Origin: Cycas panzhihuaensis
Taxonomy: Eukaryota; Plantae; Cycadophyta
Direction of reading: 5' to 3'
NCBI GenBank assembly: GCA_023213395.1
Contig: CM041465.1
Coordinates: forward strand, 147,195,741-147,259,740
Length of the DNA: 64,000 bases
The notes beneath the pieces are model-generated. The model was not told the DNA's origin and did not search any database. It saw only the letters and a program-made list of their open reading frames with translations. Made by a program: the position numbers and the translations under genes. Positions 53,061-64,000 of this stretch are shown piece by piece (positions within the stretch are counted from its first letter, which is position 1; each line of letters starts with the position of its first letter).

Positions 53061-53492
53061 TTAGGCCAAAAAAGAAGAGACATCCATCAATAGTAAATGA
53101 TGCTCTAGAATAAAATTCACTAACCTATCCATCTAAGTGTTAAGTCCATGTGGGATATAATGAATGGAAATGGAAGAGAACTGGGTCAAAATGGACCTAA
53201 CAAATATGGCTAAAGACCTCAGTCATGGGCAATGGACCTAGTAGACCTAAGTGAGTTGGGATACAATGAGCTAAGAGTCACAATATAAGGTAATAGACCT
53301 ATGGTGGAAGTAGAGTGCATCTATCAAGGCCTCTATGATGGCAGTGTACTTGGCTATATTATTAAGGGCCTTGGGTAAGCAGACTCCAGATCAAACTAAG
53401 GTGTATCCAAGGTAATCCTAAATGGTCTAGGCCATAACAGAAGGCCTCAAATCCCCATGACTACCCCCATCAGTGTGGATGATCAATTCCAT
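53061..53492 (-). pseudogene. Stand-alone archaeal-type RNase H (aRH; RNase HI-like/RVT_3) reading frame, 144 codons
   Basis: Manual translation MELIIHTDGGSHGDLRPS...GVCLPKALNNIAKYTAIIEALIDA...ITLYCDS*LIVSQL...SISIHYIPHGLNT*MDRLVN matches the TDG.SRGNPGP / TNN.AEY / GDSQLVV.Q / HIPR..N..AD.LAN motifs in order; 8 internal stops and no frameshift. Confidence 0.88.
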
Positions 53493-55499
53493 GGAGTAAT
53501 GCAATGACACCTCACGATGGGGTCACTAAATGAAGGGATATGGTAGGAATCAACTGGTCAACAAAAGGACTATGGTAGGCATAGAAATCTGACTAAGATA
53601 ATAAGCACTCTTAACCCTAAAAAATGATCATGTACTAATACTGTGACCTTCTTTAAAATCTACCCAAAGTGGTAGCCATGCCAAGTGGGTTTTGATCACG
53701 ATTGAGACCACGATGGGTCTAAACAACCAAATCTAAAGGTCCCAAATGGCCCATATGTCTAGATCCAACCTACTAATCATAGGCGGGAATGAAGTCTTTA
53801 CACAACCTACCCTAGATGTGAAGAAGGTAGTGGTGGATATATCCCCTTAAAACATATTCTATTTTATACATTTTCTTTTCATGCCCCTCTTTTGGGCTTT
53901 TTGTTATCTTTTTCTTTCTTTTTTTCTAGTTTTAAGAGGGCATATACATATACAATCACTTGGGTGTTGTGAGGTAGGCGTGGAGGTGGATCAAACCATG
54001 AGGATACTAAGAGGGTTATTGTATCAATAATAGTGGAGAGGGTTAAACCATGGGATGCAACAGACAAGCCGTGTGATGTTCCTAAGTGTTAATTATGGGA
54101 CATGCATGGAGCAGAGTCCTCTGGTTAGTTACCGTGGATAACTAAGCCATCCAGTTATAACAAGGAATATGCAAGAAATATTGTAAGCTCCCATCCAAGT
54201 TATAAGTATGGTAAACCAATGCCTAGGTGAAACCAAGGTAGGGGAAGGGTATAAAAAACTAATAGAGCATTATTTTATAAGAAAGGCAATATGTTAATGA
54301 TTCTAGGAAGAGGAAACCAAGTCACTTAAGAGCTTAATTGATAATAAGAATGGTAGCAAGGGGGACCTACAGGCTAACAACATGGTCAAAGGAGTTCAAG
54401 TGCTATAAAGAACTAAGCTAAAGGCATAATTAGTGCATAAGAAGTAGTGTCAAAAGCAATGAAGGTCATAAAAGTAATGAGAAAGTGGGGGTCAAGTGGC
54501 ACCTAACAAACAATGGGGTTACATGGGCACTAAATAGGTGACCAGCATGAAACTATGATCTTGTGGACGATAAACATCAATGGGAGATAGGATAGACTGC
54601 CAGGAGGCAAAAAAGATTTATTCACGAAGTAGGAAAAGCCCACTAATATTATGCACTAATGGTAAAATGTAGGAGCTTAAGCATGAAGGGGCCACAAGCT
54701 AATAGAGTGTGATTGAACCATATAAGAGATCATGGTGACAATGGGATCCAACAGGAAGAAGCAGGGAGTGAAACTGAGGTCGCATGTATGGGTTGGGGTC
54801 ATCTATGTACTTAGTTTTCTTATAGAATTTGATTTCATTTTTACCATCAGCTATAGGAATTCAAGAAAGACCCTTCTCTGCCCTTAGTTTCCCCTATCTT
54901 CCTAAGCTTGCCATGCACAATTGCATTGTTGTATCATCATGCAAATGGAGCTATTGGATCTGCATCAATGAGATGGTTGTGGTGCTTCATAATCCAGTGA
55001 GTGGATCTTGTTTTTTTATTTTATTTTTTTATGTTTTTTTAATGTGTTTTTTTCATAGGTAGGTTGTGACCATTTAGAGGGATGTACCCAAACGGGGCTT
55101 GTTTAGGGCACCATTTTGGTCTAGACTAGGGCATTTCGATGCCCTACTTTTGATGGGTCAGTTATTGTGCCCAAAAAGGAATATTTTATTGATTTTTTTA
55201 GTTTTTAAGAGGAAAATTTATGTACCATAGATTCATTCATGGTACTACAAATTCCTTTAGAAACTTACCACGGTATCATAAGTATATTCATGGTACCATA
55301 GTATTATTTACAATAGCATAGAAATATATGTGGTATAGACACAATCTTAACAATTTTTCTTTTTTGTTAAAAACCATCTTTAAAATTTAATCATTTAGGT
55401 TGTTGATTGACATAGGATGGGTCTACATATGTGATAACTAACTTGTTGTGCTCCTATGTGTTCTTTCAAGTTGTTTCTGTGATTAATAATCGCAAGAAC

Positions 55500-56770
55500 A
55501 TAGGTACTTTAATGTTGGGCATTGTAGATCTAATGCTAGCATATGATTGGAAGATTTTGAGATGTTGTGGGCTATTGCAGGTAGTGATGGTATGCCACTA
55601 TATGTTAGATCAAGCTTTGTTAGTTGATATTATGTCCCATTGGGACTGAAGGAGCTAGTCTTCCATTTTCCTAGTATGGGAGATATCACGATCATTACTA
55701 GGGACATACAAAGAATCTTATGATTGCTAGTAATGGGAGCACCTCCTAAGTTGGGATCCTACTTGACACTAAGTATATACACCTGGCAACTAGATTTTTC
55801 TATAGGAAAGGCCACTAGGATCAACGCAAGGGGAATGTCCAGAAGATTATGACAACTAGGATTTCTCATATGAGGAAACTAATTATCTTTGTTGTTCTAT
55901 TTTATATTTCTTGGTGATAAAATTATAAGGAGGTCCCAGGTGGTTGGATAGATGTTATTTACTAATACGAGGGCAGGGAGCGATTAGATTGGATGACCCT
56001 TATAGTGGCCCATATTCAGTGCAATTGGATTAGATTTGGATAGTCAACCATAGAGATTTTTCATGTTACTCAATTCTCTAGTATTGGTTCTTTGACCATT
56101 TTCATAGAGTAGGGCCACAACTAGTGGCACCAAGTGGGGCCCTTATACACAAGTGGCCCTTTTATTTTCAAAGCCTCAAGGAGCTAAAGCAAGTCAAGTG
56201 AATAGTCAATATGACTTCCTTGGATCTTATGACCTTGGATGACTATGTGAGACACCCTTATCAAGGAATCCACTGGAACAATGATGATGAGGATAAGGAG
56301 GTCATAGCAGGGCTAGTTGTAGAGGCTAAAGAGGAGAAGGAAGATGAAGAGGAGGCTACCAGAGGTGAGGACAAAGAGGGAGAGGCTATTATAAGTGAGA
56401 AGGTACATGTTGTTGGTATGGAGGGAGAAGGAGCTGGCCAAGAGGCCATAGTAGCCTAGGGAGAGGTGCCTCCGAGAGGTGTCACCTTTGACTACCTTAT
56501 TCTAGTCCATTTCAGTTTACATCATTTCTTGAGTTATTTTTATACATGTATCTATTACTGATATATGGACTTATTTTATTGGTAGGTGAGGGCCTTATAG
56601 TAGAGTTCATCAATCATATTATTATTAAGCTCTTCGTTATGGTGTACATAGAGGGCCAACCTCCTATAGTAGACAACGAAGAGCTAACATTGATACACAC
56701 TCGCATGATAACTATTACTCCTCTAATGAGGGTGAGGGAGATGTGGGTTACAGAGGTACATAAGATTTGA
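55500..56770 (+). pseudogene. Plant Mobile Domain (PMD, aminotransferase-like) pseudogene, antisense to the Gypsy gag-pol
   Basis: LDQALLVDIMSHWD, then after a frameshift VFHFPSMGDITIITRDIQRIL*LLVMG (PMD consensus D..LI.ALVERW...T.TFHLP.GE.TITL.DV..ILGL...G); later SLDLMTLDDYVRHPY (LD.L....V.W.PY) followed by an acidic tract. Confidence 0.75.
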
Positions 56771-57888
56771 TCTAAGAGGGATCATTTTTAGGTTAAGAGA
56801 AATCACTGCTAGGTGAAAAGGGACCAACTACAGGTGGAGCAGATCTAAATGTAGGTTGAGAGGGCCTAGATGTAGGCTCAAATAAGGGAGTTGGAAATAC
56901 AATGAGAGGGGTAGATACCCCTAGTAGGAACAACGCCCCTATATATAGTTCGAGGGGTAGAGGCCCATATTATAGAGCTACGAGAGTAACTAGAGGAGGT
57001 TCAAAGCCACTTGGAGGAGGTACGAGAGGAGAAGGAGTGCCTTCAGTCTTGGTATGACTAGCTGATAGACTAGATGGTAGCTTACTCCTCACGAGCCATA
57101 GTATATCCATGACATACTACTGCCTAAGAGATGGGAGTCAAGGATGAGGAGAGTAAGGTCAGGCCTTCATAGTGGCTAAGATGGAGTTTGGGGGGCACTT
57201 GGACCTGGGAGGGGAGGAGACCTTAGCCAGGAGATAACACCCCTCAAGGGCATGGGGGATGGTTGTATTTTTTGTAAAGGAAAGGTGGACCTCCAAGTGT
57301 ATGGGGTTTGTATATGCTTAGGCCTTATTACTTGATTATACACCCCTATAAGGATTCTATCTTCCTCATGACATGTTATATTTATATCCACATCATCCCC
57401 ATCTTTTGTACATATATATGGGGATTAATTGGTACCCTAACATTCTTTTGTATCATTGTGTATTATTAAATGGATGTATACTTATGCATTTCATTGTTCC
57501 CATGTATTGATATATATGCTTGTTTTCATGTATGTTTGAGTTGATATCTTTGTTTGCGTATGGAATTATAGCTCATGCACATAGCATATATAAACCATAT
57601 GAAATAGCGTTATGCAATTGACTACCAATTTATACTCGTAGTAGAGTCTTGTGCCCTCATTGTGGGGTAAGTCTAACTGACAACCAAAGATGGTCGAGGA
57701 GTAGAGGATGCTATGTGGTGAGGTATCCCCTTAAAGGGCAATAATCACATGGACATAAGTAGTTTAGGCTCATTTCATAGCTGCACACCCACATGGGGTG
57801 ATATCCTTACCTATGATAGAGGATGGGGGTAAAGGGCATAGCGAGGTGGTAAACTCCTAGATAAGGGGCCTTTGGCACCATGATTGAG

Positions 57889-58010
57889 GGTAGTTTAAGC
57901 TCATTTCAGAGCATGGTTGGCAGTTTAGGCTCATAATGGATCGAAGTTGGTAGTTTAGGCTTATATTGGATCAGAGTTGGCACTTTGGGCTCATACTAGA
58001 GCAAAGTTAG
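57889..58010. repeat. 30-bp tandem repeat (4 degenerate units) just 3' of the integrase
   Basis: GTTGGYAGTTTAGGCTCAT...-type units with a 30-bp period; a further copy near 57760. Confidence 0.8.
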
Positions 58011-58039
58011 TTATCCCCCTACATTGGAGGGTAGAGAGG

Positions 58040-61000
58040 TTAACTATAGAACCTCTTAAGGAATTGTCTATTAATAGCTTTCTTAAACTCAAGGACTTCC
58101 AATGTAGCAATCTAATATACCCCATTGTTAAGGCTTTTGATAACTATAAAAGGTCCCACCCATTTGGGGCCAAATTTAGAAAGGTGATTATGTAAGTATT
58201 CTAATTTTAGGACTTGGTCCCTATGGACTAGGAGTCATGGTCATAAGTATTTATCATGTGTCTTTTGGTCCTTGGCCTTGGATGTTAGGCTGTCTTGGTA
58301 GGCAACAAGGTATTTTTCATTTAGTGCTTTAAGGTCGAGAAGACGAACTTGATGATGTCACTCTTCGTCTACAAACTCTTTGAGAGAAACCTGTAAAGAT
58401 GGGATCTCTACTTTGAGGGGGATGACCACTTCTAATCCATAGACTAAGGACAATAATTTCATGTTGGTGGCCATCTAAATAGATGTGCGATAGGCCTAAA
58501 GGGCTAAGTGGAGTTGAAAGTGCCAATCCCATTGGGATTGGGCAACAATCTTCTTTAAGATACTAATGAAGGTCTTATTGAAAGCCTCGATCTAGCTATG
58601 GGCTTGGGGATAACATGAAGATGAAGTTTTATGAGTTTTATGAGAGATTTTAAATTTCTCATAAAGCTTGTCCATCTCCTTATTACATAATAGGGTCCTG
58701 TTGTTGGTAATGAGGATATTAGGGACCCCAAATTTGTGAATGATGTGTTGTTAAATGAAGGTGCCAATCATTTTGCCTAGTATGGAAGAAATGATTATTG
58801 CCTCAACCTACTTGGTAAAGTATTCCATGGTCTTTAGAATAAACTTATATTAAGTCAAAGAAGGAGGAATGATGGTTAAGACCCCATTAGGAGAATGGCC
58901 ATGGTAACATAATCGTGCATAATGCCTTAAAGGGCTGGTGTATGACATTAGAATGCTCTTAGCATTCTTAACAATGATGCGCATAAGCATGGGCATCCTT
59001 AAAGAGGGTGGGCCAATAAAACCCCATGAGAAGGATTCTTTGGGCCATGGATTAGCCTCCAAAGTGACCACCACATATGCCATCATGGCATTTACAGAGG
59101 ACTTAGTCAGTTTCCTCAAGATTGACACATTAGAGGAGGATGCCATCAAATGATCATTTGTATAATACATACTCAATGAGAAAGTATTACTAAGCAAAGG
59201 CCCTTATACATAGATTAACCTTTTTGTTGGCATTTATAGAGTATTTCTATTGAGTTAAATAGTTTACGATGTTGCCATACCATTCATTATAAACCAACAT
59301 GTGCCTATTGTCTTACTGAAGGGCTAGGATTAATTCATTGGGTGAGGAGTTATTAACTAGCATATTTATGAAATTAGGAAAGCGGGTGTCAACAAGTTAC
59401 TCAACCATAACCATACCCTTTTTAAATTCATGATTCATGGCTTTTAAATCATATTCTTAGAAGAGGATGGCCCATTTGCTTGTTCACCCAATTAAATCAG
59501 GCATGGTCATAAGGTAACATAGTTGGTCTAATTGGACTATGACATGGGTGGTATTACTAATGAGATTATGCTAAAGCTTCTTAACAATAAATACTAATTC
59601 CAAGCACTCTTTCTATGCTAGTGGGTAATTCACTTTAGTTGCCACAAGGTTTTAACTTATAAAGTACACAACTCTCTCAATTTTAGAGTCATCTTCTTAG
59701 GTGAGCATAGCACCAATATATTCTTTAGTTGCCAACGTATATAAAATAAAGCGCCAATTAAATACTAGTGGGGCAAGTGTAGGGGTCATGACAAGAGCTA
59801 TTTTGAGCTCGTAGAAAGCCTCTTAAACTCTAGGGGACCAAACAAATGGGGTGCCCTTCTTGAGCAAGTTGGTTAATGGCTTGGAATTAATAGTGAAGTC
59901 TGCCAAAAAATGCCTTAAGAAGCTTAGACAACCCAAAAATTATTTGATTTACTGTTAGATCTTTGGAGAAGGCATCTCCATAATTATCTTGACCTTATCA
60001 TGGTCAACTTGATCCCTTGTTGTGAAATGAGGAAACCCAACAACTTTCCAGCTATGACCAGAAATATACGTTTAAGTGAGTTAAGCTTCACGTGGTATTT
60101 GCGACATTTGAGGAATATTTTCTTTAAATCAACTAGGTGATCAACCCTCTTCCACAAGAAACCCATTAGATCATCTATGAAAACCTTAAGAATCTTGTTG
60201 ATGAGGTTATAAAAGATGAAATGCATGGCTCATTGGTAAGTCATGTCAATATTCTATAAGCCAAAAGGCATAGCCTTGTAAGCGAATGTTCCCTAAGGAG
60301 TAGTGAACATAGTCTTATAAGGGTCTTCAGGCAATATTTGTATTTGGTTGTAGTATTTGTATCTGGTTGTAGCCCAAGAAATCATCTATCAAGCACATAA
60401 CTTCAAACTTGATAGTCTAATTGATGATTTGATTAATAAACAAGAGGGAGAACTTGTCTTTGGGGCAAGAATTATTGATGTCTCGAAAGTCTACATATAT
60501 ACATATGGTTCCCTTCTTTTTAGCCATTGGGACAATGTTGGAAACCCATTTTAGGTGATTAATAGAGATGATGAGGCTGACACTGTGTATCTTCTCAACC
60601 TCCGTCTTTATAGAAGTTGAAAATTTAGGGTGCAAAGGCCTTTATTTTTGCTTAACAGGCCAAGCAGCTAGGATTGTCATGAGGTTGTAGGTGATAATAT
60701 TGGGATCAATGCCCTTTATGTTAGTATAGTCCCATGCGAAGACATACAGAACTCATGAAAGAGATCTATGTACTCCTTGACTTCCTAGAGGGAACATTCA
60801 ACCCCATCTTAATAACCATGTCAAGGGCAAGGATAATGTCTTTAGTTGCCCCCGTGCATAACATGTTCCCTTCCTCGAAGTGAAGGGTGGCCTAGTTAAT
60901 CAATGGGTAGAGTGGAGCACTCATTATGTTAGAGTTGGCTAAAAGAGAACTGATAGCTAAGCATTTCCAAAAACCCAGTTTATGGTGTCTGGAAGATAGA

Positions 61001-64000
61001 TTAGGCGAGGACTTTTCCAAGTGCTCTAACAAGGCCTTATCATTTTCAAAGCAATCTATCTCATGGATAGTTTTGCTTGTGGGAAGTAGGGGTTCCTATG
61101 GCATAGGCAAGAACTGACAATGATCTAATGATCCATCATCTAATTAAGTTAACAGTGTGACTCTTTAAAAGTGTTAGAATGCACCCATATAATAGACCTA
61201 CCTCTCAACAGGGGTGAAAAGCTTATTGGTAGCTATGGGTCACAAATGATGGATTTGTCATGGGAAAGCAATGACTCAGGGCCATCAGCAATGTTGGGAA
61301 CCAAGGAAACCTAGCTCGACCCTCCTAATGGGCACACCCAGGTCAGGTGACATCCCATATATCAAATCAAATTAATATTATGGGGTAAAGTGGGGGCAAT
61401 TAATTGAGAACTTAATACGTTAATCAGGGATTCATCAACCACGAGCTAGGGGATCCACCCCTATAATGTGGCTTGAACAAATAGGGGATAATTGTATCCT
61501 TAATAGGAGGCAACTAACAGATAGAAATCAGGCCGGTCTAGGTGCCTATTATATGAGATTTAGGATGAATGGCAAGCTATGCATACTCATAAGTAAGACG
61601 ACTCTTACCTTGGGGGAGGCAGAGAGTATTGTGGTTAAGTTGAGTCTGATACATATGGATTAGGAGCAAAGAAGGGAGGGATGTCTACTTGAGAGGACTC
61701 TCCCTTGGTAATGTTGAGAAAGGTGACTTGGTGTAGGGGTTATTCATAACCCTCATCGTTAGACTCCATATCGTTAAGAACGATAAGGTAGGCATAGCTT
61801 CCCATGCCGATGGGAATGAAATACACCAAATTTAGTTGGGGGAGGAGCAAGGGGGGCTGGGGTTCCTCCCCTTCATAGGGTACTTCATCTTTAAAGAATG
61901 CTATAATAAATGGATCAAAGGGAACCATTTCCCCATCTGCAGCTACAAAAATTACTTGGCAAGCCTAGTGTGATGACCAAGTGGGTGAAGGATCTTGATC
62001 TACGACTCTAATTTGTCCGTAGTGGATAAATTTGAGTTTCCCCTAGTGCAAAGAATAGACTACCCCTATTTGGTCTAGCCAAGGTTGACCCAAGAGAAGG
62101 TTGTAATTGACAACAATGTCTAAGACTACAAGGTCAGTTTATATAGTCTCTTCTTCTAAAGTGAGAGGCAAGATGATTGTTCCAAGGGGCGCCTTCTTAC
62201 TTTCGTCATACCCTTAACATTTCCAAGGGACATGCTCAAGAGCTTTGATGCCTAGCTTTTCTAGCATATATACTAGCATGGCATTTACAGAAGAACCATT
62301 GTCCACAATGATCCTTTTCAAGGCAAATTTAGGTGTCTCATTATGGTAAAAGGATAGTGCTAATGAAGTTACTTATCCTTAGTAGAAGGGAGATCCCATG
62401 GGTTGAATATGATGAGAGGTGACCCATATGAGGAGGTACCCACATCGTAAATAGGAGAGTCAGTTTACCGCAAGGTCTGTAGGAGAAAGGCTCTTTGGTT
62501 AAGACAACTATGCAGAACATCTGTCATGGACATCCTTGTGGAGATGGTGTGGAGTTCCTCAATGATTAAGAAAGCCTTCCCTTTCCCTATGGATTAAGGG
62601 ATGGATTGCCTAAAATTATAATGTTCCAGTCATATTGGTATGGTCTTGGGCACAACCAAGATCTTTGTTAGAGGATTCTCTAAGGAGTGTTATTATTGCA
62701 AGGTGGAGGCTTCTCTGGGCTCCTTCACTACTTGTGAATGAGTGATAGGCATACTTGAGTAGTCTTAAGTAGCTGAATAATCCTCTTTACCTTAGTATTG
62801 GGTTGCAAGGATGGTGTGGGTGCTATAGGTCTCGAAGGAGAAGATGAATCAATTGGGGCTTTGCCTGTGGGTTGATTTGAGGGAAGAGGAGGTGTCCCCT
62901 TGCGAGGGAGTGGGCAAACCCTAACCTGTCGTTTTGTTGTTGGGGTACTTAATCCTGCTCTTCATGATTAGGAAATGGACCTTGGTGGATGGGTTGCTCC
63001 AAGTTAGATTTGGAAGGAGTTTGGGATGGAGGATCATGCGGCAAATCTAGCTCAAGGTGTTAGGTCCAACACCTTGAGTTATCATGAGTAAATTCACCAT
63101 AGATTGCATACCACTTCTTTTCAGGGAGAGGTCTTATCCTCTTCCCTTATTGAGTGGCTTCATTATTTAGCAATAAGGTTTGGTTAGTCTGGTGTACCTA
63201 ATGATAGCCTTATGAGGAATTATGTGACTCAGATATAGATTGAGCTTGTTACAACTTTAAATCTTTAATTATTCACTTGAAAGAGTGAACAATAGATGTA
63301 AGGGGATCTAAGGTCTTATCAGTAGTATTGACAAAGGGCCTAGATAGTTGTTGTTGCCTCTTTTAGTCACATGGGGGAGGTGGTTCCTCATGATATTATA
63401 TATTCCTATTAACCTTTTTGAGATCAACTTGGATCTCAATAGATTCAAGGTCCAAGCACTTGGCTATGGCCGAATCACATGTAGTCGCTCCTATTTTAAG
63501 GACTTCAAAGTGGACCTCAGGGCATAATGCATTCACAAATATGTCTCGCTTTAAATTCTCTAGCAACGTGGCCTTAGAAGAATTAAAGAGATCATGGAAC
63601 CTACAAACAAAGTCCTAGTTAAGCTTATCTTAGCCTTGATTGAGTGAGAGAAGGGCTTTAGCCCTGCTTTCAAATGGCTAAGCAACATCAAAGTAGTTGA
63701 TAAAGGAGTCAATTAATTGTTGGAAGGTCATGATAGAATGGGCAAGCAAATGATAAAACCACTTGAGAGCATCCTCTTGGAGAAACCTAGGAAATAGCTT
63801 CATCAAGATATGGTCATATGCCCAATAATCAATACACACCATGGCAAATGCCATAATGTGATCTGTCAGGTCCTAGGAAGAAGTTCCATCAAATTTAGGC
63901 ACTTATGGAGGGTGAGGTAGATTCATATGCAAACCCTCCATAAAAAGTGAGCTCAACCTATAATCAATAAAGGGCCATACCCTTGGTTGAATTAAAGGGT
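58040..64000 (-). pseudogene. Gypsy gag-pol (gag, protease, RT, RNase H, integrase), degenerate
   Basis: Gag PKFDG...KLFPRFLQEDALKWF (about 63750-63900); protease RIIVDNGSSVN (about 62300); RT WVSNIVPM.KK.GTI.IYVDFRDIN..CPKD, MPFGL and VFIDDL; integrase CHDGICGGHFGG; C-terminal KFGPKWVGPF...LKRFYS* ending at 58040; no chromodomain. Confidence 0.92.

Larger units (their letters stand above)
52050..64000 (-). mobile_element. Ty3/Gypsy non-chromovirus (Tat/Athila-type) retrotransposon internal region, running off the right edge
   Basis: gag-PR-RT-RH-INT order on the minus strand, then a 3' region of about 6 kb with extra domains, ending at a PPT near 52050-52060. Confidence 0.88.

Noticed and set aside
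53500-54800. Possible further minus-strand coding sequence (DUF4283-like) upstream of aRH
   Set aside because: Only a faint resemblance by eye, with many stops; needs a profile search.
57889-58010. 30-bp periodic repeat as a CRISPR array
   Set aside because: Contiguous degenerate units without unique spacers, eukaryotic retroelement context and no cas genes.

Overview
AT-rich, CpG-depleted eukaryotic DNA made almost entirely of nested, decayed LTR retrotransposons. It looks like a large plant genome, probably a gymnosperm (inference from element types). No intact host gene, RNA gene or CRISPR array was seen. Seven elements have both LTRs, PBS, PPT and a 5-bp TSD: Copia A (3291-20006), which carries Copia B (7528-12858) and Copia C (13353-18604); non-autonomous D (24812-29312, minus); gag-only E (30606-33761); deleted Copia derivative G (37839-45913, minus); and gag-only H (47944-51890). 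Partial elements are an old repeat O (two copies), a minus-strand Copia F (about 29940-37500) and a large minus-strand Ty3/Gypsy element running off the right edge. Three things stand out. (1) The Gypsy 3' region holds a head-to-head accessory module: an antisense Plant Mobile Domain (PMD) pseudogene and a stand-alone archaeal-type RNase H reading frame (53061-53492) that the ORF track misses. (2) A 3.1-kb inverted DNA-level duplication (40604-43724 vs 47076-50184) sits inside a microsatellite, with a fold-back scar at one junction. (3) Two gag-only elements with unrelated LTRs encode a shared, atypical Gag-like protein lacking a zinc knuckle.
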